Shown here piece by piece: positions 38,016-51,424 of a stretch of 64,000 bases of DNA. Position numbers and translations under genes: made by a program. Within the stretch, counting starts at the first letter, position 1. Each line of letters begins with the position of its first letter. Origin of the DNA: Dimorphilus gyrociliatus. Lineage: Eukaryota; Animalia; Annelida. Location of the stretch: positions 39,473 through 103,472 of the forward strand of contig CAJFCJ010000118.1 of NCBI GenBank assembly GCA_904063045.1. Direction: 5' to 3'. The notes beneath the pieces are model-generated. The model saw only the letters and a program-made list of their open reading frames with translations. It did no database searches and was not told the DNA's origin.

Positions 38016-41000
38016 ATGAGAGACACACTTTACTTACTAATACCATTCTTACTTTTTAACCATCCAACTTTACAACTTCACTTGGAAATATTCAAGGATA
38101 CTGTTCCATCTGTTGAAGGTGTCCTCTACGCTAATTATAAATCTTTCGATAAAATTGCTTTGAAATTTAAATATCTACCATTGAGTAGTGTAAGAGTTTT
38201 GTGTCAAAAAATGAATTTTAGTCAATATCACGGACTCGCTTTTCCGATTAAACTGAAGAATCATCAAGACAATTTGAATATTGATTGTTTTAAAGAAAAT
38301 TGCGAATTTAGTTATAATGCGAATTCAACAACAAATGTTGGTTTTGGAATTAAATGCTATAAAAAATATGGATCATGTAAATATTATTTTTAAATATATC
38401 TGTTTTGTTTTCTAAATTCCAAATGTGAAAAAATATGCTCTAGATTTCTTTGCAATAAAATCAAGATTTAATTTTCTGCTTCTCTTACACTACGGTCGAG
38501 ATAATAAAAACTATCACGTGACTACAAGAGAATTTAAAAAATTTAAAGGAAATTGTAAGAAGATTGAATTCTATATCATAAATAGAAAATTGACAAAAAA
38601 GATAAAAGTAGAAAAGGATTTGAATGGTTTATTAGTGGACGAAAATGAGTGGATATTGAGCAACATTACAAAATTTTACAAATTAACATGTTCTCTTCAT
38701 GAATTCAGAGGTAGGATGAGGAATCCTTACTTCTTTTTTAAACCAAAAAAAAAATGTGTAGATACAGAAATATTTCTAACTGGGAAAGATAAAAAAGATG
38801 ATTTTATCATTGAACATTTGTACAATAAAACTTCGTCCCCTTATTATTTCAAATCGAAAACTTATGGAATAACAGTATACTTTAGTCTAGGAAATAAAAT
38901 TAAAATTCAAGCAGCATTTGTAATAATATGTAAAGCATTGTCAATGACCTACAATCTGATTGCACCACAAAAAATTGAGTATATAACATTGGAGGAAGAA
39001 AAACAGGTATTGTTTTATTATTTTTTTTAAATAATTCCTAAATTAAAAATTCAACAAAACTAGAAACCAAGGATTGGGAATTGTTTCCTGGACAATGAGT
39101 ATTGCATAATAGATTTAACTGAAAATAATAAGTATGCAAATATCAACAATATGTTCATCTTGCAAAACTCGTGTGAAGAAACGACTTCCGGTATATTTAT
39201 CAAATTTAAATAGCTGTACCTTTGTTTAAGGCGCGTTGTAAAAATAGGATTTATTCGCAAAACAAAATTTCAATTTTTCAATCAGACACTTTAAACAAAG
39301 GTCATTGTCACTTTTTATACTTTTACACTATTTTGTTAAATTATTTTAAGAACATACCTACAAGTTTTACAATCCTGAAAATCAGCATGCTTTATATATA
39401 AATGACAGTCATAATCTTGAAGAGTTTAAAGGAGCTTTATTAAAATTTTGGAACAATGGATGGATTCCAATTGATTTTGCTTTTGATCACGAGGTTCAAG
39501 TAGTGTGCAAAAGTTTTGGATTTAAATCGGGAACACTCACCAGACATTTTTTAGCATCTTCATACCGTCGATACAGTTTTGGTCATTTCCACTGCAACGG
39601 AACTGTAGCAAATATACTACATTGCAGTCATGACAAAAGGTAAAAGATTGATATTTTTTTGCAAATAATTTTACCATATTCTTTTCCTATAAAGACTTGT
39701 TCGAACTAGTTTTATTTTTTCCTTCCAATGTTTCAAACATTCCTATTATCAGTTGGATTGTGACGAAGTCAATTTCCAATTAAGCTGCTACACTTTCAAA
39801 GATTATGATCCTCAAAATCCTACATTAAACATGAATTTTGGATATAGTTATAATTCTGTAGACAAAATTTGCACTGATCAAAATTTAACAATAACCAGCT
39901 TGTTAACTCCAAATTTCAAGTTTCTTGCTGAATATTTCTCTGATAAATTCAATTATAAACACAGGATATGTAAATGATTTAAATACGAAGATAACAATAA
40001 ACAATTTTGAAAAAAATATTGTCTTTTTAAAAATCTAGTCCTAAAAAAACGACAGAGTGTGATGAATATTTTAGTTTTGGTTACAAATGGAGGCTACCCT
40101 GCTTCATATCTACCAGTTTACGATTTTAGAAAGGTATATATATGTATATTTATATACTGTATATACACATATCTACAGTATTGGATATTCAAAAGTCTTT
40201 GTCACACCATGGAAAATATATAGAAAACTCCTAATTAATAGAAATGCTATCTTTCTTTTCTCTTCTTGAAGTGTTGAAAAAGTGTTTTATAACATATAAA
40301 CATTTTACTGTAACAAAGACTTTACACAGAGCACTACTGTATGTGGTGGGTGCAATGTAATAAAGTAGAAATGTGGAAGGAAGAACACAAATTTGAACTT
40401 TTAATTGCAGCATAACACTTTTAAATGTTATTCAAATCTTTCTTTTTCTTTCAATATTCAGTATAACTGCCACTGGTCAGATTATAATTATCCATTTATC
40501 AGGAGTAAAAGCTGTCTACAATACATAGAGTAAGTTTTTATGCAACACGAAAATCGTTTATCAAAATCAATATCTGTCATGAAATTAGCGGCAACGTACC
40601 AGAGATTGTAAGTTGTAATATGTTAATGCAGGTTTATTCTTGTCAAAAACTGGCTAGTTTGTTTTTTGTTTCTTATAGCCAATTTCAAATAAGTTTATCT
40701 AATTTTTTCCATAAGAGTTTCCCTCACTACAAAGAGAATTTTATCAGTCTGATTTAACGTTTAAGGAATTCCAGAAGAAAAATTCATTTTTTTGTAATAA
40801 AAGTAAATTTTTCGTCAATAAAGTATATCTATGTGATGGATTTAAAGACTGTTCATTTGGTGAAGATGAGGAAAATTGTCAAATAACTGATTTTATGAAA
40901 TTTCAATGTCATAATACTAATCAGGAAATTCATATAAAAGAAGTTTGCAATTATTTCAATGATTGTCTGGATAGTTCTGATGAAAAATATTGCCGTAAAA

Positions 41001-44000
41001 AGAAATTGTCTTCTTTTTAAATAATTTGTGTTTAACATTGAAAAATACATTTTCAGGTAATTACTGTTTGCCAAATCAGTGGTAATTTCTCCATTTTTTT
41101 GTTGATAAACTAACATTTACTTGTCGTAAAAACCATACTAAGGAAATGCAATAATGGTAAATGCGTGAATCTAACACAACTATGCGACAATGAAAGAAAT
41201 TGTATTGATTTCACTGATGAAATGTGCTATGAAAATAGTAACATTTATCAAAATATTTTTGGAACAAGTATACAAAAAAAAGAGTTCAATTGACTTTTCA
41301 ATATTTCATATGAATTATCTTCATTTAGAATGTAACAATGCAACTCAATTTGAATGTCCAGAGAAATGTATACCAAACTTTCAAATGTGCGATTTCAGAG
41401 CTAACTGCTTTAATGGTGAAGATGAAAATTATGATCTATGCAAAAATATAAGATGTAAAAAAGCTTCTGAAGTTCATAAAGCATGTACAATTGAGTACAC
41501 TTCAATGGGAATTTTAAAAGAATCATTTCACAATTCATTGACATTAACGGCTGATTGTAATAAAGTAAAATGTAGACAAGGAGAATATTTATGCAAATTG
41601 CACAAATATTGCATATCAATTGAGCAATATTGTGACCATATTGTTGACTGTTATCTCGGAGATGACGAATATGATTGTGGTCTCTAGACAATTATTTTTT
41701 TTAATAAAATAATTTTATTTTTGAGTTAACCTATTGATTTCTGATAGAAAATTTTTTTGGTGAAGGATTTTTCAAATGCAGAAAACAGAGATTGTTCTTG
41801 AACTCTACAAAAATTTGCAATGGTATTGTGGATTGTCAATATGGAAGCGACGAAGAACTTTGCACAAATCTTCATTATCCATTTAATAATTGTCAAACAA
41901 GCGATTTTCAAGATATAAAATGCATTAATTTAACTGACATTTCATTAATAGGAAGATCCTTTATGAAAATTATCATTAACAATTTTAATCATATTTTAAA
42001 AGATATTCAATACAAACACTTCTCTGTGAATTACCTAGAAATTACTCATTCAATAATACTTTCTGAAAATTTTCTAATGAATTTTCCAAATGTAGTGTCT
42101 TTAACACTGAAATATATAAATAATTCATTTCAAATGCTCACCTATTTGAAACCATTAAAATTATTACAAAATTTGGATGTATCTTTTAATCATATAGATA
42201 ATTTATCTTTTTTAAAAGAATTCCAATCAATCAATTTAAGATATTTGGATATTTCTCATACAAAGATAACACAACTTTTCAGAGTGGATTTTAAGAATTT
42301 TATAAAACTTGAAACTTTAAAAATAACCCATTGCAATTTAAATACTTTGGATATTGGTTCAGTGAATTTTTTAAGTAGTTTGAGAGAATTTCATTTAAAT
42401 AATACTAGATATCCATATTTACAAATGGAAACTACTGTTCAAAAGTTTCAAAAACTTGAAAAATTCTTCTCGCCTAGTTATTTAGTTTGTTGTATTATAT
42501 GGAAATATTTGAGAAAAATTAAAGTTTGCTATCCAACTAAATCACTTTTTAAGAGTTGTACAAAAATGTTAAAATTTACATATGTTTCAATTATTTTATG
42601 GATTTATGGAATATTTGGTTTTCTGGGAAATTTTTTGGCACTTTTACATTTAATAATTCATGTAAAGACTGGTAAAACATTTAGATTAATGTTATCATTT
42701 GGAGATATCCTGACATCATTTTATGTCTTAATAATCAGTTGTATTAATGTATATTTTGGTGAGAATTATGTTGACAATGACTATCAATGGAGAAATAGTG
42801 TGTTCTGTAATTTTCTTGGTTCTGTAATGACTTTTTCTCTCATCCTCTCAGTTGGCAGTGTTACTTTAGTAACTATGGAGAGACATTCATCAATTTTTAA
42901 GCCTTTTCTGGCAAAAACTCGCCAAAAACAAATATATATTGTAGCAATAGGTTTCTTCATTTCTGCTCTTGTAATTACAATGCTGCCAGTTTTAGTTTAT
43001 GAGGTATGAATTGAATTTTGGGATGATGTTGAAAATATCCATGTTAGAGCTTTTAGCTTATTCTCTCCAATCCCTTCTCGAGATTCACCCAAATGCAAAT
43101 AGTTCACTTTACACCCAAAATATCCCAAAATGGATATTTTCAATAGCTCATTCCCAAAAAATTTATTTACAGACTTAGTGGTTCATAAAAATGTTTACCA
43201 ACTATCTTTTTTGAAAGAAATATTACTCAACCACACCAGTTTGCTTTAATGTTTATATTAGAAGTACTAAAATGGAAGGGTGGATCTTTTCATTTCTGCT
43301 ATTTAGCATTTATCCACTGTTGAGTTGTATTCTTATACTTGTGTTGTATATTGATATTTTTCAGAGAGTGTTGAAATCTGGTAAACAATTTCAAAATCAA
43401 AATTTAAAAAATTACAAAAAGTTGGGTGGGAAAGCCTTTTTCATTATTTTCACAAATGTTACAAGTTGGTTACCATTTTCAATATTAGGTAAATTTCTTT
43501 TGTGCTTTTCAAATGTGTTTCATAAAGTTGATTAAATTTTAAGGAGTTATTTCAATGAATGGGAATTTTCATCTAAGTGACACTTTATATATCATTATAA
43601 CCTTATTAATTATTCCATTAAACTCTTTAATAAATCCATATATTTATTCTATTTTTTTAAGCTTCAACTTATTTAGAAAAAGAAAATATAAAGAACTTTT
43701 AAAACAGTTGGTGAAGAAGATACAATAATATTTCTTATTCTAATATTGTGCCTTGATTTTAGGAAAATTTTGTTGGAACATACTACTGATCAACTATATG
43801 AAACTTGTAAATATTTTTTAAACAATCTCTTATAGGACAATTTTGATATAAGGTCAAGGGTACTAAGGAACAGTTATAGAAATTTCAATTTTCCTATACT
43901 TAAAAATGGCTCCTTAGAACTTTTGCAATTCTTATCTCATAATTATGGTGCGATCGCAATATTGTAGACGCTTTGTATTTTTAACTATAACAATTAACTA

Positions 44001-45123
44001 ATTGTTTTTAAATGTTACAGCCTACCGTCTACTATAGAACAATTAACTATTTTATTTTTTAATAGTTGCCATTTGGATAGAAGTAAGTCAATGGTGTTCT
44101 GATAAAAGGAGGATGGTTTTCTCCTCAGAAATTCCTTGGTGTCTTTTTTTAATTCATCTATTCCCCTGATATGATATTTTAGTTTTCCAAGAAAGTAATA
44201 ATCAGATAGAACCAAATCAGAGCTGTGTGGGGATGTGAACATATAGGCCATGCCTGATTTGTCATAAAATCTGTAGTTCGAGACTTTTCATCCTGATTAA
44301 GGTCATAAGGGATCCATTTAGCACAAATTTTTCTATACCCCATCCCCTTAATCATCTTCCCAATAGCCTCTGGGCAAATGTCCAATTTTTTGGGAATTGC
44401 TCTCTGTTTAATCTTCCTTGTCAAGCCTGCCAACTACTTCTTTATTTGGATCTGTTATAGCTGTCTTTCAACAACCGTATCTTGGCAAATCTTCAAGATT
44501 TGCAGCTGCGTTCACCAAAATAAATCTGTAATGGCTGGACAGATCTGAATGAAAGTTTATAGATTAGAGAAAATATTTGGAAAGTATCAGTAGTATTAGT
44601 CAGGCCATTTTAAAACTACAGCAAAATGTCTACAATATCGCGATCATACTTAATATAATTATCTCTTTTTTTAACATTTGTTTAAATGATAAAATAAAAT
44701 CTTTTCAATATATTTTTTATAAAAAGTCACAGAATTTGTAAATTTAAGTGAAAGAAATTTTGTGAAATTGTGTGAAAATCCCAAAAGATATTGTGAACTT
44801 CAGTTCCATTATAAATTTTACTCAAATTTAAAATATTTTCAATGCATAAAAGAGAGTTTTCAAATTGTAAAATTTCTTCATCGTTATAACGTGTCATTCG
44901 AAAACGAATTACTGATTCAAGATATCAAATTTGAGGTTGGAATTAATGCATTTATATTTACATCTTTTTTTAAAAAGCCCTACTTTTTAAGATTTCAAGC
45001 AATCATTATGTTATTTTCAAAAATTCATATAAAAGAGGAACATTTGAAAAAAAAATGAATGACATTCAAAATATGGGCAATATTGTAAGGAAAATTCTTC
45101 AATATAGAAATAGGTTCAAGTGA
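38016..45123 (+). CDS. LGR2: GRL101-like multi-exon GPCR (SRCR-like modules, LDLa repeats, LRRs, 7TM, kinase-like tail)
   Basis: MRDTLYLLIPFLLF leader, SRCR-like VQVVCKSFGF..FHCNG, LDLa CDHIVDCYLGDDEYDC, LRRs, TM3 TMERH, TM7 PLNSLINPYIY, tail exons 44733-44935 and 44992-45123. Confidence 0.85.
43016..43158. repeat. Small inverted-repeat (MITE-like) element in an LGR2 intron
   Basis: TTTTGGGA..TTGAAAATATCCAT / ATGGATATTTTCAA..TCCCAAAA. Confidence 0.6.
43945..44652 (-). mobile_element. Internally deleted mariner element in an LGR2 intron
   Basis: Imperfect TIRs GATCGCAATATTGTAGAC / GTCTACAATATCGCGATC; KWIPYDL and SPHSSDLVLSDYYF fragments. Confidence 0.85.
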
Positions 45124-45277
45124 ACTGTCCTAGTGAAGACTACTTCACTATAAATTTTTGTAGTATAGCACAAATGAAAATTTTTATGTGTTTATACCCA
45201 ATACATGAATCAAAATAATCTGGTCAAACTATTCATAAAGGTTAGGTTTTGGAGTTAGAGATTAGCACAATCTGAAT

Positions 45278-45450
45278 GGGATCGACAGAAAATGTCCACA
45301 AATGAGAAATGGTTAGGCAGAAGAAAACAGCAACTTATTTGTACTTAGGAGGATTTCCTCTAACGGTTAGGGGTAATGGAAAAGGTTAGGTACAGCTAAG
45401 GGCTGGGTTAGGGTTAGGGTAAAAGCACTCATTTGTGGACATTTTCTGTC
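45278..45450. mobile_element. MITE copy (short internal deletion)
   Basis: Same TIRs and GGGTTAGGGTTAGGG core as 6316-6521. Confidence 0.85.
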
Positions 45451-45666
45451 ATTAGTTAAAATAAATTCTCTCAAAGTTGACAAAAATGGAAATAATTCCA
45501 TCGTTTTTACAGTGATGACATAGACTATATATACTATTTTTGCTATATTTAATTATTTCAGCAAAAAAAAAACATAATTAAATGAATGGCTTCCACAAAG
45601 AAATGGGGCATGGAGTCAGCAAATGTATGGAAAAAGAGGGTAGTCTTATTAAAAAATAGGATAGGG

Positions 45667-46073
45667 TGTACTTTCCTGCTGGGATTGTAGGTAAGGACTG
45701 GTCCAAATAGAACCGAATTAGGAGTAAGCCACTTAGAAGAGAGGTGTAGAATTGAGGAAGGATGAATTCAGAAGCAAAATGTAAGAATAATATAACTGTA
45801 TTCTAAAGTAATACTAGACCTGTTCACTAAGGCAGTTGATTCAGGACTAAATGCATGTTACTACCTATGCTCTGCTTTTATACAATTCTTTATCAGTTGT
45901 TTATGCCTTAGCTGTCAAAAACAAGGGTCTAACCCCAGATAAGAATTATTCACAACTTTTGATTCTGGCAGTTGGGTACCATCTACCCTAGAGGCAACAC
46001 CTACTTCAACATTTCTACCATATAATGAGTATTATTTATAAAAATTCTATAAAATATAGTTCATAATTGTACA
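45667..46073 (-). mobile_element. Internally deleted LTR1 copy (probable solo LTR)
   Basis: Homologous end to end with 33247-33821; no matching TSD seen. Confidence 0.8.
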
Positions 46074-46180
46074 TAGAGTATTTTCAGTTATTCTATTGTC
46101 AGATATCAATATATTTACAACTGAACTTGAATGTTATAGTTTGTTAGTGTATTGAATGTTAGGCTAATCAGTTATAACTA

Positions 46181-48497
46181 TCAGGCTATAAGCTGTTTTC
46201 TTTCTTTCATAATATGTTTTAAAAATTCTCCAAAGGCAAGAATATCCTGTTTTTCAAACTTGCTTGAAAAATTTTCATATTCTAAATTGTCCACAACATA
46301 ACTATTCTTTTTACCCTTTTAAGCAAAAATGTTTTAAGTAATTTGTATTAGTGCATTTAATTAAAAAGTAAAATGCTTTAATCAACCTCAACAATTGAAA
46401 TGTGATTTTTCAAGACTTTTATATTTCCACAAAGTTTATAGTTATGAAGCAAAGCTAAATTTTTAATTGTTTCCAAACAGCAATAGAAATATTCATAATT
46501 TTTAAAAAACTTGTAATTTATATTAACTTTTCTGAATTTTTCCATTGAAAACATATGCATTTGATAATTTATAATGGCCATAACTGAAAAAAAAGGCAAT
46601 TTTGTATTAATTTCACAGCTTTCTCTTTACCTTTCTCAATTTTTTCATTCATCATTCTTTCTATAAAATTTTGTCTAAAAGTTTATAATTGTTAAATAAA
46701 GTACAAGATAAAAATAGACATACTTCATTATTCTCTTTCTGGCCTTTTCAAAGCTTAAAATTCTAAACATATCCTCTGTTGCATAAATGTATGGATTGAT
46801 AACAGGATTTATTGGAACTAAAAAGCCAACAATTAGAGTGTAGGTGTTATTATTTACATTAAACTTGAAAAATATTGATAAAAGAGCTATTTAAATAAAC
46901 AAAAATTGACTTTTTTTGATCAGTTTAATGACAAAATAGACCTAGTAAAAAAATTGGTGTGCAGCAAGCAATGTTTGAAATTGATAGAACATAAATGCTT
47001 GTAGAAATGCGTTTGTTCGAGATAATTTTATTTTTTGCTGGTAATCTTGATTTTTTAACAGTGAAATATACTTTAATATACAAGGACAGAATTATGATAC
47101 TAATAATCATTGAAAATATTCCATATATCATAAAAGAATAAATCCATCCTTGGGTTCTATCATTTCCAATATAGATATTTAAACAAATTGGAACTTTGGA
47201 GTAATAATCCTACAAAAGTCTTTGATGTAAAAAAATATACAATATTAACTTTATGTACTTGAAAAAATATCAAAGGTGTGAGAGCAACAATAAATGAAAA
47301 TAGACAAATGCCAAAAATGATATGTAAAGTATAATTTTTCATCAGGCTCCTCTGAAGAGGATATAGAACAACTTGATATCTTTCAATTGATATTGCCAAT
47401 ATACTCAACAATGAAAACGTCAATGAAAATGACATGATTGTGCCAAGAGTTTTACAAAATGGACTGTATCTCCATATCTCTTCTTTTTCCAGATATTCTT
47501 CACTGTGAAATTGACTATCAACTATACAAATAGAAAATAGATGGATATTTGATAACAAGTCACCAATAAGTAAACAAAATCTATAAGATCTAGAAGTTTT
47601 TTTCTTCTGTGTAATTATTATATAAATTCCTAAAAGATTTCCAAATAACCCAATACTTGAAAAACACCAACTTGAAATTTTTTGATAATTTGAAGACAAA
47701 ACACTATTGCAATTAATGAAATATGGTTTTTCAGGTGAACATAATAAATTCATCATTGAAAATTTTTCTAAAAAACAACAAATTTGAAAATTTTCTGTTA
47801 TTGCAACACTTAAATATTTCATATTTTTGAATAAATGAATTATGTTTTTAAATGGAAGAGTAGTGTCATTCAAATATAAATATTTCAAATATTTAAAATG
47901 GAAAAAACTTTTTTTTTCCAAATTATTTATTTTACTCTTTGATAGAATTAGAGTTTTTAGAAGAGTAAATTTTCTAAAATGAGATTCCCGTAGATAATCA
48001 ATATTTATGTGAGAGATATCTAATATCAATATATTTTTTGTATTAAATTTCTGTAGAAAGTCAATTGTTTCCAAGAAATTGAAAGACAGATTTAAATTTT
48101 GAAGTAAAGGAAGATGAATATCTTTTGGAGTTAAAAGATTGAATAGTAAATTATTAGCTAGAGAAAATGTTACTAAATTTGGAAAGTTAAATGATGATAG
48201 TGTTAAATTTTCAAGAGCATAGTTTTTTTCTATTTTAAAAATTACAAGATTTCTCGAATGAAATGATCCTTGCCACGTAAAATTTCCCTCAAATATAGAT
48301 TTCTTGGTGTATTTCACAATTTCTGTTGGTAGTAACAACTGTTTAGTAGTTTTGCATATTTGTTCATATTGAAATGTATAAGTGCATGGGTCAAATAGGT
48401 TCTTTATTTTTTTTCCATTACAGAATATTTCATCAGAACTTTCTTTACAATCAATCATATCATTACATACTTTATCATGAAAAATATAATAATTTTC
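46181..48497 (-). CDS. LGR3: 5'-truncated GRL101-like GPCR (last LDLa, LRRs, 7TM, kinase-like tail)
   Basis: CNDMIDCKESSDEIFC, LRRs, ISIERY, PINPVINPYIY. Tail exons 46583-46387 and 46315-46181 splice in frame. An LTR abuts at 48498. Confidence 0.8.
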
Positions 48498-48760
48498 TGT
48501 ACTTTGTTGTATTGTAATTGTAGGAATTTCTGGTTCGTCACAACTGTAATCGTCCTTTCCAATCATTTACCAACTTGCCAAAGTACTGGTCCAAATAGAA
48601 CCTTTAAAGTTCGTCCACAAATAGTCTAACAAAGGCAATTTCGGTAGAAATTGATTAACAAAACACCAGTATTTCGTCCAAAGAATATGTATTGAGTAAA
48701 ATGAGCTTCTAGTTCTAAACAAGCTAGTTTAAACAACTAGCTGACGGTTAGAAAACTGAA
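48498..48760 (-). mobile_element. LTR3-family R/U5 segment abutting LGR3 (gap follows)
   Basis: Reverse complement of ~57450-57708; ends in GTACA. Confidence 0.85.
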
Positions 48761-49469
48761 CNNNNNNNNNNAAAAAAGTAATATTTTATTATTAAAGAGA
48801 AAATTTCACATATTTTACACATAGGACTGTAGAAAAATGGGAATATTTGTTCAGTCCTAGAGAAAGAGAGACTGATAGTTGCATAGAACTCTTTTCACTA
48901 TCTTTGCTTTAATATATTGATGTGTTGCTGTCTCTTTTGCAAAAGTTTTTTAACTAATAAGCCTAATGAACAAATATCATTTTTCTCATTTGTTTCTGTT
49001 CTATTATAAATATTTTCTATTTTTAAAATGTATTTCTTAGTAGAAATCTGAAAATTAGTAAATTCAAATGACTGAATATGAACTACTGAAGTGTTACCTC
49101 ATAATAAAGACAGTCTATTGTAAATGCTCCATTAAGTGACATGTTTTCCAAATGTGACAGACTTAGACCCTTTGTTAAGTTCACTATGGATTCAAGCATT
49201 TCATGATTCCCCAAAAACTGTATACACAATACTGTTGGATAGTGAATATAATCTAAACTTAGAATTTTAGCATAATTGATAATTAATTTAACTAGTTTTA
49301 GTTGAAAATCCTAAATGTATGGATTAATAAATTGTAATATTAATGCTAGGTTGCAAATAGCAATATTCTTTATATAATTTAATAGGTTTTATTGCTTCCA
49401 CAAAAGGTCTAGGACTTGTGACAATTATGTTATCACCATTTTTTCTGAACATAGGATAATTTTGCAGTT

Positions 49470-50440
49470 CTATTTCTTCTGATTCAGCTGTTGGAGCTGA
49501 AGGTAATCTTTTGTTTTTGTCAATAGTTTAGACAGTCTGGTAAATTGAACTCTTTTCAGTTTTTTCTTCCAAATAAAGTAAATGAAGAATCCAATTCCAA
49601 TCAAGAGTATAATTGGAAGAAGTGTGTCTATTAGTATTTTGAAAGGTTTTCTTATCCATGAAGAAAATAGATGTTGTGTTGGTGACAAGGATACTCCAAA
49701 GGATCCAGATCAAATTCGTCATGGAGGGCTTTCCATATTTCCTCCACAGTAGGCTCTCCATCCAGAGCCAACACCAAATCCTTTGCAGGACCAGTTAAAT
49801 AATCTAAAAGATTTGCTTTCACAACATCTTCTCCTATCCAACCATAAGCATAACATGCCTGATTAAAGTCTTCAATTGGTTCTTCAATTTCACTGTTGAT
49901 TTTCATTCTGATTGATTGTGCTGCTGCTGTTTGGAACCTGCATCCTTTCCTTGTATAATAGATAAATGTCTTCTTGCCAGAATGTATGGCATATTGGTTT
50001 TGTTCTGCATCCAAAATGATTTTTCTTGATCTTGAAGAGATGCTGAATTTGGTCACATGTACCATATTTTATGTCTTCTTTAGTGATGTGGTAAGCATGA
50101 TGAAGTATTGGATCAATTGAGAATAGGAGATCTTTATATTTGATCAGAAATTCTTTTGAACATAATCCATTTTTTGTTATAATTGTTGTGTCACAAACTA
50201 CTTGAACAGTTTTTAATTCTGTACATGTATTGAGGGTTGTTAGATCTCCTAACCATGTACTATGGGTTCCATGTTTAGATCCAAGTATTGTTGGTAGTTG
50301 AGGTGATAGTGGTGTAAGTAGGGCTATCATCCTGTTTCTCATGATAAATTCTTTGCATAAAAGTTGTGAAACTTGTTTAAAAACTGTTGGAAAGTTTTGA
50401 AAATTTTTGTCAATATTGTTTAACAGTGCAGCTGTTATTA
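49470..50440 (-). pseudogene. env-like glycoprotein remnant 1 (gB/class III-like core, C-terminal TM), frameshifted, with a gag insert at 49690-49872
   Basis: QLLC-x17-P-x16-LGD-x6-C pattern; TM LLPIILLIGIGFFIYFIW followed by basic KKKLKR. Confidence 0.7.
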
Positions 50441-50739
50441 TAGCATCTTTTTATATTTATTTGGTGTGTGTACACATTTAGGCAGTTTGTAGGTACTAAA
50501 CACATAAGCTTGTAACCAGGCTCGCAAATTCACACAATACACCCAAATTGTTACATTTCATTCATCAATGGAAAGCAATATTGAAAGAGTATTATAGAGT
50601 ACTCTACACACCTAAAACTACAACATACACTATTTAAACTAAGTTGTAAAAGTATTTTACAACTTAGATGTTAACCCTAATTATTATACACATCATATTT
50701 AATGAATATTAATTATATCTTCCACTATTCTATTTATAT

Positions 50740-51421
50740 TTGGAGCTTTTAGATTATTGTCACTTTTCAACAGTATTGTATGCACAATACTATATTGGAT
50801 GATTAAGTTTAATACTTTTATCCTACCAGTCCTTTACACAGAAACATATTATCTTACACAAACAATTATTATTAATAATTTGTTGTATATTAAAACAGCA
50901 TCAAGTTGACCTTTTCCTATTTTTGTGTTTTGGAATCAATCCAACTTCTATTAATAATTGTTACATCTTAGGCAACTTTCTGACCTACTAAAATAGGGAG
51001 CAAAAGTTCTCCAAGATAAAGAAAAAGTAACAAACATGGAAGTATATTTGAACTTTCCCTTTATCCAAATTGTTACATTTGTTTGTGTGAATATTTTTAT
51101 CCGTGAACTGTGAACTATTGGAAAAGTATATAAACCCTACGAATTTAACAGTAGTCAGTTCAGTTTTCTAACCATCAGCTGGTTGTTCAAACTTGCTTGT
51201 TTAGAACTAGAAACTCATTTACTCAAATACATATTCTTTGAATGAAATACTGGTGTTTGTTGGTTAATCTTTACTGGAATTACATTTATTAAGACTACTT
51301 GTGGACAAACTTGAAAGGTTCTATTTGGACCAGTACTTTGGCACATTGGTAAATGATTGGAGAGGACGAATTTGATAGTGACGAGCTAGGACTTCCTACA
51401 ATTACAATACAACAAAGTACA
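50740..51421 (+). mobile_element. LTR3-family LTR (start uncertain)
   Basis: Homologous to 57050-57708; TATAAACCC box; ends AAAGTACA. Confidence 0.75.
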
Positions 51422-51424
51422 GTG

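Noticed and set aside
43930-43960. Mariner TIR donating a splice donor to LGR2
   Set aside because: Upstream donors already give in-frame models, so the mariner is more simply intronic.
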